DNA of 64,000 bases, taken from contig CAVXKA010000001.1 of NCBI GenBank assembly GCA_963762255.1, positions 288,001 through 352,000 on the forward strand. Direction: 5' to 3'. This document shows, in pieces, positions 28,411-37,286 of the stretch. Below the pieces are notes generated by a model. That model ran no database searches and had not been told where the DNA came from. It worked only from the letters and a program-made list of their open reading frames with translations. The position numbers and the translations under genes were made by a program. The stretch is from Candidatus Eiseniibacteriota bacterium. Its GTDB lineage: Bacteria > Eisenbacteria > RBG-16-71-46 > JABDJR01. How positions within the stretch are numbered: the first letter of the stretch is position 1; the number at the start of each line of letters is the position of its first letter.

Positions 28411-29661
28411 TCAGTAGTTGTCGCCGCCCTTCATGATGGCATCGCCGAGATAGAAGATCGGAAGGAACATCGTCACCACCACCGTCCCCACGATGATGCC
28501 GACCAGGACGATGAGGATCGGCTCGATGAGGCTCGTGAGCCCCTGCACCGCCGCCTCCACCTGCCGGTCGTAGAACTCGGACGACTTGAGCAACATCGAA
28601 TCCAACTGGCCGCTCTCTTCACCGGTGGCCATGAGCTGGAGCACCATCTCCGGCATGCGCCCGGTGGCGCGGAAGGCGTTGGTCAGCTCCTCGCCCTTGC
28701 CCACCCGGTCCTTCACCTGGTCGAGGGCGCGAGAGAGCACCGCATTGCCGGTCGCCCCCTTGGTGAGTTCCATCGCGTCCAGCACGGGAAGGCCGCTCTG
28801 GAGGAGGATGCCCAGCGTGCGGTTCATCCGCGAGATGGTGGCCTTGCGGATGATGGGGCCGAAGACCGGCGCGCTCAGAAGGAACGAGTCCTTCATATAG
28901 CGTCCGGCGGCGGTCTTGGACCAGAGCCAGAACGCGAGAAAGACGAGGACCGCGATCCCGAGCGCAACGAGCGCGTTGTCGCGGATGAGGTGACTCACGT
29001 TCACCACCGCGCGCGTGGGCCCTGGAAGCTGCTGCCCGAAGTCGGCGTAGATCTCCTCGAAGGTCGGCACGATCTTCAGGAGCAGGAAGAGGGAGATCGC
29101 GATCGCGAAGACGAGCACGAAGACCGGATAGCTCATCGCGGAACGGACCTTTGTCTTGATCGCGTCGAGCTTCTCCAGGTAGATCGCGAGTTCGCCCAGG
29201 ATCTTGTCGAGGGTGCCCGCGCCCTCTCCCGCCCGCACCATGCTCACGTAGAGGCCGTTGAAGATGCGCGGGTGTTCGGCGAGAGCGTCGGCGAGGCTGT
29301 TGCCCTGCTCCACCGTCTCCGCCACCCGGGCCACCGTCCGGGACAGGGTGCGATTGCTCTCGTCCTTGGAAAGCCCGCGCAGGCCGCGCACGAGAGGGAT
29401 GCCCGCCTCGAAGAGCGTCGAGAGCTGCCGGGTGAAGAGAGCGAGATCGCGAGTGGAAACGCCGCCCGACAGGACGGGGCGATTGATCCGCTCCTTCCAG
29501 CCGGTGGCCCGACCCCTGAAGATCGCGTCCTCGGCGACGTGCAGAACGATGAGCCCACGCCGGTGCAGGTCGTCCACGACCTGATCGACGCTGGCCCCGC
29601 TCATCACGCCGGCCTGCTCTTCACCGGTATGCGTCTTGGCGACGTATGCGAAGTTAGGCAT
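28411..29661 (-). CDS. pilC: Type IV pilus platform protein PilC (GspF family)
   Basis: FTRQLSTLFEAGIPL, GEGAGTL, AMSYP, GEESGQLD, LIEP. Confidence 0.93.
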   Translation of the reverse strand: MPNFAYVAKTHTGEEQAGVMSGASVDQVVDDLHRRGLIVLHVAEDAIFRGRATGWKERINRPVLSGGVSTRDLALFTRQLSTLFEAGIPLVRGLRGLSKDESNRTLSRTVARVAETVEQGNSLADALAEHPRIFNGLYVSMVRAGEGAGTLDKILGELAIYLEKLDAIKTKVRSAMSYPVFVLVFAIAISLFLLLKIVPTFEEIYADFGQQLPGPTRAVVNVSHLIRDNALVALGIAVLVFLAFWLWSKTAAGRYMKDSFLLSAPVFGPIIRKATISRMNRTLGILLQSGLPVLDAMELTKGATGNAVLSRALDQVKDRVGKGEELTNAFRATGRMPEMVLQLMATGEESGQLDSMLLKSSEFYDRQVEAAVQGLTSLIEPILIVLVGIIVGTVVVTMFLPIFYLGDAIMKGGDNY

Positions 29662-29663
29662 GT

Positions 29664-31376
29664 CTATTCCTCCGCGAGACACACGCGGAGTACCTCCTCA
29701 ATCGTAGTCTGACCGCGGGAGGCCTTGGCCAACCCGCTCTGCTTGAGCGTCTGCATGCCCTGGGCCATGGCCTTCTCGCGGATCGCGTCGGCGGGCAGGT
29801 TGCGGGCCACCAGGTCGCGCAACCCCGCGTCCATTCGCATGATCTCGAGGATGGCCATCCGGCCTCGGTAGCCGCGGTCCTTGCACTCGCCGCACCCGCG
29901 CCCTTTGCGGAAATCCGCGCCCTTCAAGTCCTTTTTGTGGAGGCCGAACGCAAGGAGCATGTCCTCGGGCGGCTCGTACGGTTCCGCGCAGTACGGGCAC
30001 ACCCGTCGCACCAGCCGCTGCGCCGCCACCAGCGTCATCGCGCTGGCTGCCTGGAACGGCTCCACCTTGAGCGAGAGGAGCCGGACCGCGGTGGACGGAG
30101 CGTCGTTGGCGTGGATGGTGGAGAACACCATGTGCCCGGTCATGGCGGCGCGCACCGCGATGTCGGCGGTCTCGCCGTCGCGGATCTCCCCTACCATGAT
30201 CACGTCCGGATCCTGGCGGAGAAAGGTGCGCAGAGCGGAGGCGAAGTTGACCCCCTTGCGCTCGTTCACCTGCACCTGATTGATGCGGTCCATGTGGTAC
30301 TCGACCGGATCCTCCACCGTCATGATGTTGATGGTGGGGTTTCGGATCTCCAGGAGCCCCGCGTAGAGCGTGGTCGACTTCCCCGATCCGGTGGGGCCGG
30401 AGAGGAGCACCATCCCGTAGGGCTGCTTGATCGCGTCGCGGAACAGGCGGAGATCGTCGCCCTCGAAGCCGAGGCTGTTCAGGTCGTAGTTGAAGTCGGT
30501 CTTGTCGAGAAGCCGGAGCACGGCTTTCTCGCCGTGCACGGTGGGGAGCGTGGACACGCGGATGTCCACTTCCTTGCCCGCCGCGCGGACGGTGAAGCGC
30601 CCCCCCTGAGGCGCGCGGCGCTCGGCGATATCGATGTCGGCGAGGATCTTGATGCGGGTCATGACGCCGGTGTAGACGGTGCGGGGCGGCGTCACCGCAT
30701 CGTAGAGGAGCCCGTCCACGCGATAGCGAATGACGAGCTGGCGCTCGTGCGGCTCGACGTGGATGTCGGTGGCGCCCTCCTTCAAGGCCTGACCGATCAC
30801 CTGGTTCACCAGGTTGATGATCGGCGCGTCCTCGGCGCGGCGCTTCGCCTCGTCGGCGTCAAGATCCTCTTCCTCGGTCATGTCCTCGCCGAGGACGATC
30901 GCCGCCTGGGCCAGGGCCTCCTGCACCTCGCGGGAACCCTCCAGCCTCCCGTAATGGCGCTCGCGGGCCTCTGTCACCACCGACTCGGGGCCTATCACCG
31001 GGTCCACGCGGCGGCGCGTGATGACGCGCAGGTCGTCGAGCGCGTCGAGATTGAGGGGATCGGCCATCGCCACGCGGATGTTACCGTTGTCGATGCTGAG
31101 CGGCAGGACGTTGTACTTGCGGGCAAGATCGGCCGGCACGATCGCCAGCGCCTCGGGGGCGACCTTGTCCTTGCCGGGATCGAAAAGCGGGATACGAAGT
31201 TGCGCGCTCAGGATCCGGGTGACCTCATTCTCGGTTACGATGCGCAGGCGGACGAGCACCTGGCCGAGGCGCTCATGGGTACGCACGTGCTCCTCGAGCG
31301 CGTGCCCGAGCTGCGCCTCCTGAATGAGGCCCGCCTCCAGAAGGAGACTGCCGAGACCCCGAGGGTTCGTACTCAC
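29664..31376 (-). CDS. pilB: Type IV pilus extension ATPase PilB (GspE family) with an MshEN-like N-terminus
   Basis: LGSLLLEAG/RLGQVLV, ATDIHVEP, GPTGSGKST, LRQDPD, GHMVFSTIH, CPYC...CGEC. Confidence 0.93.
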   Translation of the reverse strand: MSTNPRGLGSLLLEAGLIQEAQLGHALEEHVRTHERLGQVLVRLRIVTENEVTRILSAQLRIPLFDPGKDKVAPEALAIVPADLARKYNVLPLSIDNGNIRVAMADPLNLDALDDLRVITRRRVDPVIGPESVVTEARERHYGRLEGSREVQEALAQAAIVLGEDMTEEEDLDADEAKRRAEDAPIINLVNQVIGQALKEGATDIHVEPHERQLVIRYRVDGLLYDAVTPPRTVYTGVMTRIKILADIDIAERRAPQGGRFTVRAAGKEVDIRVSTLPTVHGEKAVLRLLDKTDFNYDLNSLGFEGDDLRLFRDAIKQPYGMVLLSGPTGSGKSTTLYAGLLEIRNPTINIMTVEDPVEYHMDRINQVQVNERKGVNFASALRTFLRQDPDVIMVGEIRDGETADIAVRAAMTGHMVFSTIHANDAPSTAVRLLSLKVEPFQAASAMTLVAAQRLVRRVCPYCAEPYEPPEDMLLAFGLHKKDLKGADFRKGRGCGECKDRGYRGRMAILEIMRMDAGLRDLVARNLPADAIREKAMAQGMQTLKQSGLAKASRGQTTIEEVLRVCLAEE

Positions 31377-31476
31377 GAGCACCTCAAATTGATTAGCAGA
31401 TACGTAAGGTCCAAGTTGATCCCGCCTACCGCATGGGGGATCGGCAATCGACGCGGCTCGATGAAAGAACAGCACA

Positions 31477-31505
31477 ATGTTAGGGTGGGGTTCCAGTCCA
31501 GTCAA
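31477..31505 (-). promoter_or_regulatory. sigma70-type promoter of the pilus operon
   Basis: Minus strand TTGACT-N17-TAACAT in the AT-rich divergent intergenic region. Confidence 0.6.
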
Positions 31506-31601
31506 CAAAGATATGATGCAAAGTGTATTTCATGCACCAAACACGGTAAAAAGAGTCGACAAACCTTACAATCCCACACAAGTGGGTGGAAAGAAAAGCG
31601 C

Positions 31602-32345
31602 ATGAGGCTCAACCGGTACCTCGCCATGAGCGGCGTGGCCAGCCGTCGCGGCGCGGAGAAATTGATCGCCGAAGGGCTCGTGCAGGTGAACGGTAAGACC
31701 GTCACCGAACTGGCCACGTTCGTCGAACCCGGGGTGGATCGCGTCCAGGTGGACGGGCGCCGGTTGAATCCTCCGCGGACGTTCACCTATCTCCTCCTCA
31801 ACAAGCCGGAGGGGCTGGTGACCACCGCCCGCGATCCGCAGGGGCGATCGACGGTGATGGAACTCGTGCCGGCGCGGCCGCGCGTCTTCCCGGTGGGTCG
31901 ACTGGATCAGGACACCTCGGGGGCGCTCCTCTTCACCGACGACGGATCCCTTGCTCACGGGCTCCTCCACCCGCGCTTCAAGATGGAGAAGGAGTACGAC
32001 GTGGTGGTGGAAGGGGCGATCGATGAAGAAGCGCTCGAGGGGCTTCGCCTCGGAGTGATCCTCAAGGACGAGCCCAAGCCGACGGCGCCGGCCACGGTGG
32101 AGGTTCTGGAGCGGCGACACGGGCGGACGCGCTTGCAGGTCATCCTGCGCGAGGGGCGCAAGCGGCAGGTCCGCCGGATGCTCGCCCTGGTCGGTCACCC
32201 CGTGCTCCAATTGCGTCGCGTGCGAATCGGCCCGGTGCTGCTCGGCGATCTCGAGCCGGGTGTCTGTCGGCCTCTCACCGAGGCCGAGGTGAAGGCGCTG
32301 CGCCGCTTCGTCCAGAAGAAAGGAGAGCAGGATCATTCGTCCTGA
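31602..32345 (+). CDS. rluB: rRNA pseudouridine synthase (RluB/RsuA family)
   Basis: MRLNRYLA...SRR S4 domain, NKPEG, VGRLDQDTSG, EGRKRQVRRM. Confidence 0.88.
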   Translation: MRLNRYLAMSGVASRRGAEKLIAEGLVQVNGKTVTELATFVEPGVDRVQVDGRRLNPPRTFTYLLLNKPEGLVTTARDPQGRSTVMELVPARPRVFPVGRLDQDTSGALLFTDDGSLAHGLLHPRFKMEKEYDVVVEGAIDEEALEGLRLGVILKDEPKPTAPATVEVLERRHGRTRLQVILREGRKRQVRRMLALVGHPVLQLRRVRIGPVLLGDLEPGVCRPLTEAEVKALRRFVQKKGEQDHSS

Positions 32346-32388
32346 CCGCCGGCTTGCCATCGCCGTCACCCTCGCCGCCACCGCTGTC

Positions 32389-33274
32389 ATGCTCGCCGCC
32401 ACCGCCGGATGCTGGGAGACGCCCGCGCCCGCCGGTCCCTCGTTCTCGCTCCTCGGCTCCGCCGTCGTGGACAGCGTCACGCAGATCGAGGTGGCCTACG
32501 CGAGCGACACCCTGACCGTGCGCGGGACCTTGATCCTCCCACCCGGCGACGATATCCGGCCCGCGGTGGTGTTCAACCACGGCGGCGTGAGCGGTGTGAG
32601 CGAAGACATGAAGCGCCGCGGCCGCGATCTCGCGCGGCTGGGATACGTCGTTCTTGCCCCCGCCTATCGCGGCGAAGGCGGGAGCCAGGGCACGGTCGAG
32701 GTCGCGGCGGGCGAAGTGGACGACGTGCTTGAACGGCGCCGCGATCCTTGCCGCGCACCCGCGCGTGGACCGCGCGCGCATGGCGGTGGCCGGATCGAGC
32801 CACGGGGCGCTGATCGCGGTGTTGGCTGTCGCGCGCGAACCGGATCGCTTCCGCTGCCTGGTCGAGGCCTGCGGGGTGATGGAAATCCACGGCTGGTATC
32901 GCTACCTGGTCGAGAACGGATTCGACGTGAGCGATTCGCTGTCGGTGGCGGTCTACGGGCGCGGCCCCGAGGACAAGCCGGAAGCCTTCGCGCGCCGTAG
33001 CGCGGTGCGCGTCGCTCCGTCGGTGCGCGTGCCCGTCCTCATCCAGCAGGGCGCCCTGGACCGCACGGTCCCCGTGGAGCAGGCGGTTGCTTTCGAGAAT
33101 GCTTTGCGGGCGGCGGGCCACACCGAGGTGACTCGGCGCGAGTACCCCCTCCTTGGACACGCGTTCTGGTTCTGGAACGACCCCGAGAAGCACACCGCCG
33201 CGGAGATCGCCGAGGCCGACTCCGCGTGGGCGGACTTCACCGCGTTCCTGGGAACGCAGCTCGCCGCGCGCTAG
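32389..33274 (+). CDS. Alpha/beta hydrolase (S9 peptidase/dienelactone hydrolase-like), probable lipoprotein, frameshift near 32730; true start may be upstream
   Basis: TAGC lipobox-like sequence, VVFNHGG, YRGEGGSQG, GSSHG nucleophile, QGALD, GHAF. Confidence 0.75.
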
Positions 33275-33316
33275 ACCGGCCGCTTCGCGAAGCGGCGGGC
33301 CTACACGCGCCGCGCG

Positions 33317-36300
33317 CTAGGGCAGTACCCAGACCCGGCGCAGTTCGCTCGTCTCGTTCCCGCGCACGCGAACGAAATAGATTCCGCGCGGAACGCGCCG
33401 CCCGGACGCGTCGCGCCCGTCCCACGCGATCGTGCCGGTTCCGGACCCGAGCACATCGATGCGCGGGCCGCAGACGAGCCGGCCCGACGTATCGAAGACC
33501 TCGAACGACACGGTGAGCGAGGAGCCGGTCTCCACATGAAGGCTCATCGGACCTGAAGAGGGGTTCGGCGACACCTCCCCGAGCGCGAAGACGCCCTCCG
33601 GGATTTCCGGCCGAACATTCATCGGCACGCGCACGCGCATGAGGGACGAACGCGGACCCTCGTTGCCGCTCCCGTCCACCGCGGTGACCGCGTAGACGTA
33701 CTCGCGTCCCGGGACTACCTGCCGGTCCTCCCACGCACACGCTTCCAGCTCGTCCCGATAGAGCGCGGGCGTGGTCGCGGCGCCGCGACCACGATAGAGC
33801 CGGTAGAACGCAACATCCGGCTCCGGAGCGGCGGTCCAACTCAGCGCCACCATTCCTGGAACGTCGGTCCCGCGTGCGAAGTCCTCCACAGCTCCCGGCG
33901 GCTGCGTGTCCGGCGGTGGCGGAGGCGGCGGCGGGCTCACGATGCGAGCGGTCGCCACGTTGCTCATCGGGCTCGCGTTGTCGGTGTCATCCACGGTCAC
34001 CAGCGCAAAGGCGATGGTGATGTCGTGGGGAAGCCCTTCCAGCACAAGCGTCTGCTGCGTGCCGGCCGGCGACGGTGACGGAGCATCGGCGATCGGCGTG
34101 GCGGTGGCCCACGTGGATGCGGCCAGCCCGCCGAGGCGATAGCGCATGTCGTAGCGAGCCGCCTGCCCGCCGGCGCCATCATCGCCCGGCGCGACCCAGG
34201 TGAGCGTGATCTTGAAGGTGTCGGTCACCGCGGCGGACAGATCCGCGACCGCTGCCGGTGGCGTCACATCGACCGGAGGTGGCGGGGGCGGGGGCTCCAG
34301 CGTACTCGCGGAGACGGCGTCGCTCAGGTCGCTCCAGTTCCCGGCGTCGTCGCACGAGCGCACGCGGAAGGCGTGAGACGTCCCCGGGCTCAGCCCCTCC
34401 ACGTGCACCAGCTCGTGCATGCCCGAAGAGGCGGGGTGTCCGGTGGAGATCAGGGATGCCGTGTCCCACTGTGCCGTGGCGAAGACATCACCCGATACGC
34501 GACGAAGATCGTAGGTCGCCACCGATCCGCCCGCGTCGTTGGGGGCGGTGAAGGTGAGCCTCAACATTGTCTCGGTGCGCTCGATGACCAGGAGGTCCGC
34601 GATGACGGTCGGGCCGGTAGTGTCCGCGGGCGGAGGCGGCGGGGGCGGAGGCGGAACGGCGGTGGTGCCCGACGCCGTCGCGCTCACGACGCTCCAGTTT
34701 CCCGCGTCGTCCACCGAGCGCATGCGGAAGCGATACGTGGTGGACGGCGTGAGGCCGCCCACCGCGTGGGTCTGCACGACTCCCGGCTCGGCCGGCGCCG
34801 GCGGTGCGGCGGGTGTGGCCCCCTCCCATTCCGAGTCCGGGAACGAGGCGCCGGTCGTGTAACGGATATCGTAGGCCGTCACCGTTCCCTCATCGTCCAT
34901 GGGGGCGGTGAAGCGGACGTAGATCGAGGTCTCCCCGCCCACGAGGGTCGCGAGATCGATGACCGCGCGGGGGCCGGTGGTGTCAGGCGGGGGCGGTGGA
35001 GGGGGCGGGGGCGTCGCTCCGGACAGGGTCGTGAAGCTCAGCACGTTTCCGACGGAACTGGTATTGGGCACCTCGTCCTCGGCGCGCAGCGCGGCATAGT
35101 AGGTCGTGCCCGGAACGAGCGAGGTTACCTGCACCGATTGGAGGGTTCCGGCCGCGAGAGGCTTAGGAAGCCAGAAGATGGACATCGCCAAGTCCCAGTT
35201 CCCTGCATCGATGGGGAAGGTCGCGATGCGTCCACGATAGATCGTCGCGGTCCCGCTGATGCTGTCGTCTCCCGGCGCGGTCCACCGCAGCGCGGCGAAC
35301 GTCGAGTCGATCGAGATCGCCTCCAGGGTCGTGATCGCCGCGGGCGGGATCGTGTCGTAGAGAGGAGGATCGACCAGCGGTGTCCGGATGCGGTAAGAGT
35401 AGGTCTGGAGCGGCCCGATGTGGCCGACATCGTCCACCGCGCGCACCGCGAAGTAGTACCACGTGTCGGGCGTGAGGCCTCCGATCGTGATGCTCTCCTC
35501 GGCTCCTGCCCATCCCGGCACGATCGAGTTGGCAACCTCGGTCGCCGCGTCCCAGGTCGCACCCTCGTAGACGGCGTTCCCAAATCCCGCCCTGTACCGG
35601 ATCTGGTACGAGGTCGCCCTACCCAACTTGCCGTCGTCCCCCACCGCCTGCCACCGGAAAAACACGGAGTGAGAGGTGATCCCTATCCCGCCCCAGTAGG
35701 CGTCCACCTCGGCGGGGGCCAACGTGTCGGCCGGCGCGGGCTCCACGATGCGCGGCCCGATGTAAGCGTCCCAGCCCTCGATCGTGGGAAGTCCGGCTTG
35801 CGCGATGAGGGTGGCGTTGTTGGGGTTCACCACCACCGAGGCCTCGGCGTAGTCCCGCCGCCAGATGCTCAAACCACCGACTTCGTACGTGAATGCCGCG
35901 CCGGTCGGTGCGCCGAGATACGTGTCGTACTCCGGCTCCCACCAGACCGAGGCATGCGTCGGGGCCGTGCTGTCGAGGCTGAAGTAGCCGTCGCCGAGAA
36001 GCGCGGTCGCCAACCCGAGCCGCTTGTGAGCCTGAAAACGTCCGGTGGTGTCCGGCAGAGCGCGTGTGCCCGACCCCTGCGAGTTGATGGTGGCGAGCTG
36101 CAAGGGCGAGGCGAGGTAGCTCTCGAGCCCCCGGAAGTAGGAGCCGCGGTCGAGGAGGGTCCACTTCGTCCACGCGTATCCATAGATGTTGTTCTGGTCG
36201 GCGGCACCCCCGTAGGGGAAGTTCTCGGCCATGGTGCCATTGAGAGCGTTGTATTGGGTGTTGGCGCCGTTGCTCATGACCGGCACACCGGGGCCCACGA

Positions 36301-37006
36301 GCTGGCGGATGAGCGCGGTACAGGAGTCGTTGGCGGCAAACCACCACGCGTCAAGCTGGGCGGCGACGTCGGCTAGGCCGTCGCGGTTGCTGTCGATCTT
36401 GGACCGGAGACCGGAGTTGAGCCAACTGATGCTGTCCCAGACATCGTCCAGGAAGATCCCGTCCCACTCCGACTGACCGTGCTGCCATACCTCGTCGTCC
36501 ATGAAGTGGGCGAACCACTCCCAATAGGCCTGACCCTGGGTGTTGACCGGACTGTTGGGCGTGAGGTTGGTGGATCCCTTGTTCGGCCAGTCGCTCACCA
36601 CGCCGCCCGAAGTGTCGTGCAGCCAGAAATCGCTGGTAGAGATCCCTTCCCAGTACTTGTAGGCCACCGTGGCCACCGGGAACTGGTCGCCGGTCACCCA
36701 GGTGCCGTTGATCGGGATGTAGCCCAGGATCACGATCTCGGGGTTCATCGCCCGTATCTGATCGATCGCGCCCGGGTTGTAGTACGGGAAGTCCGCGTCC
36801 AGCACGAGCACGTCCCACTTGGCGAGTCCCTGAAGATCCACCGGGGTGACGCTGGTGCTGAGGAAGATGTTGAGGGTCTTCGGATACCCGGTGCGGGCGG
36901 GTGCGGTCGAGGGAAACAGTCCGAGCAGCACGAGGACGAGCGACAAGCTCGCCAGAACGCGCACACGTTGGGGGCGGGACAGGGTCGGACGGGGCTTCAT
37001 GCGCAT
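33317..37006 (-). CDS. Secreted putative glycoside hydrolase (GHL15-like TIM barrel) with 6 FN3 domains, polyproline linkers and a FlgD-Ig C-terminal domain
   Basis: Signal peptide; LAKWDVLVL, NPEIVILGY, WDGIFLD, NGTMAENF, LLGDGYF, WRRDY...VVVNP; FN3 units W.A.GDD...GL.P.T.Y.F..R..D..GN; CTD PNP...VFDTSGRLV...WDGRD..G..V..GIYFVR. Confidence 0.85.
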   Translation of the reverse strand: MRMKPRPTLSRPQRVRVLASLSLVLVLLGLFPSTAPARTGYPKTLNIFLSTSVTPVDLQGLAKWDVLVLDADFPYYNPGAIDQIRAMNPEIVILGYIPINGTWVTGDQFPVATVAYKYWEGISTSDFWLHDTSGGVVSDWPNKGSTNLTPNSPVNTQGQAYWEWFAHFMDDEVWQHGQSEWDGIFLDDVWDSISWLNSGLRSKIDSNRDGLADVAAQLDAWWFAANDSCTALIRQLVGPGVPVMSNGANTQYNALNGTMAENFPYGGAADQNNIYGYAWTKWTLLDRGSYFRGLESYLASPLQLATINSQGSGTRALPDTTGRFQAHKRLGLATALLGDGYFSLDSTAPTHASVWWEPEYDTYLGAPTGAAFTYEVGGLSIWRRDYAEASVVVNPNNATLIAQAGLPTIEGWDAYIGPRIVEPAPADTLAPAEVDAYWGGIGITSHSVFFRWQAVGDDGKLGRATSYQIRYRAGFGNAVYEGATWDAATEVANSIVPGWAGAEESITIGGLTPDTWYYFAVRAVDDVGHIGPLQTYSYRIRTPLVDPPLYDTIPPAAITTLEAISIDSTFAALRWTAPGDDSISGTATIYRGRIATFPIDAGNWDLAMSIFWLPKPLAAGTLQSVQVTSLVPGTTYYAALRAEDEVPNTSSVGNVLSFTTLSGATPPPPPPPPPDTTGPRAVIDLATLVGGETSIYVRFTAPMDDEGTVTAYDIRYTTGASFPDSEWEGATPAAPPAPAEPGVVQTHAVGGLTPSTTYRFRMRSVDDAGNWSVVSATASGTTAVPPPPPPPPPADTTGPTVIADLLVIERTETMLRLTFTAPNDAGGSVATYDLRRVSGDVFATAQWDTASLISTGHPASSGMHELVHVEGLSPGTSHAFRVRSCDDAGNWSDLSDAVSASTLEPPPPPPPVDVTPPAAVADLSAAVTDTFKITLTWVAPGDDGAGGQAARYDMRYRLGGLAASTWATATPIADAPSPSPAGTQQTLVLEGLPHDITIAFALVTVDDTDNASPMSNVATARIVSPPPPPPPPDTQPPGAVEDFARGTDVPGMVALSWTAAPEPDVAFYRLYRGRGAATTPALYRDELEACAWEDRQVVPGREYVYAVTAVDGSGNEGPRSSLMRVRVPMNVRPEIPEGVFALGEVSPNPSSGPMSLHVETGSSLTVSFEVFDTSGRLVCGPRIDVLGSGTGTIAWDGRDASGRRVPRGIYFVRVRGNETSELRRVWVLP

Positions 37007-37104
37007 GGATGCCTTCGGGAGGAGGGACTAGGCCCCGGCGACACCCTCCGCGACGTTGCCGGAACCTTGTTATCGGCATCCTCAATCGCAAGGCGCGGGC
37101 CAAA
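35164..37104. repeat. Copy A of a ~1.94 kb near-identical direct repeat
   Basis: Matches 37751-39691 at offset 2587 with only a handful of substitutions, mostly in the signal-peptide codons. Confidence 0.95.
37087..37103 (-). promoter_or_regulatory. sigma54 promoter (copy A)
   Basis: Minus strand TTGGCCCGCGCCTTGCG = TGGC-N6-TTGC with GG-N10-GC spacing. Confidence 0.8.
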
Positions 37105-37286
37105 TGTCACCGGGCTCATGTTTGAGGTCAGAGATACGCAACCCGATGCCACGACGCCGGTTCGCAGCCACGCTGCCTCGGCGGGCCCCCCCCATGCGCC
37201 GCCCGCCGCGGAGCCGGGCTATCACCCTGCGGGGCGCACCGTGCGCAATGCACGCCCCGGGGCCCTACCGCTAGAATCGTCGCGGG

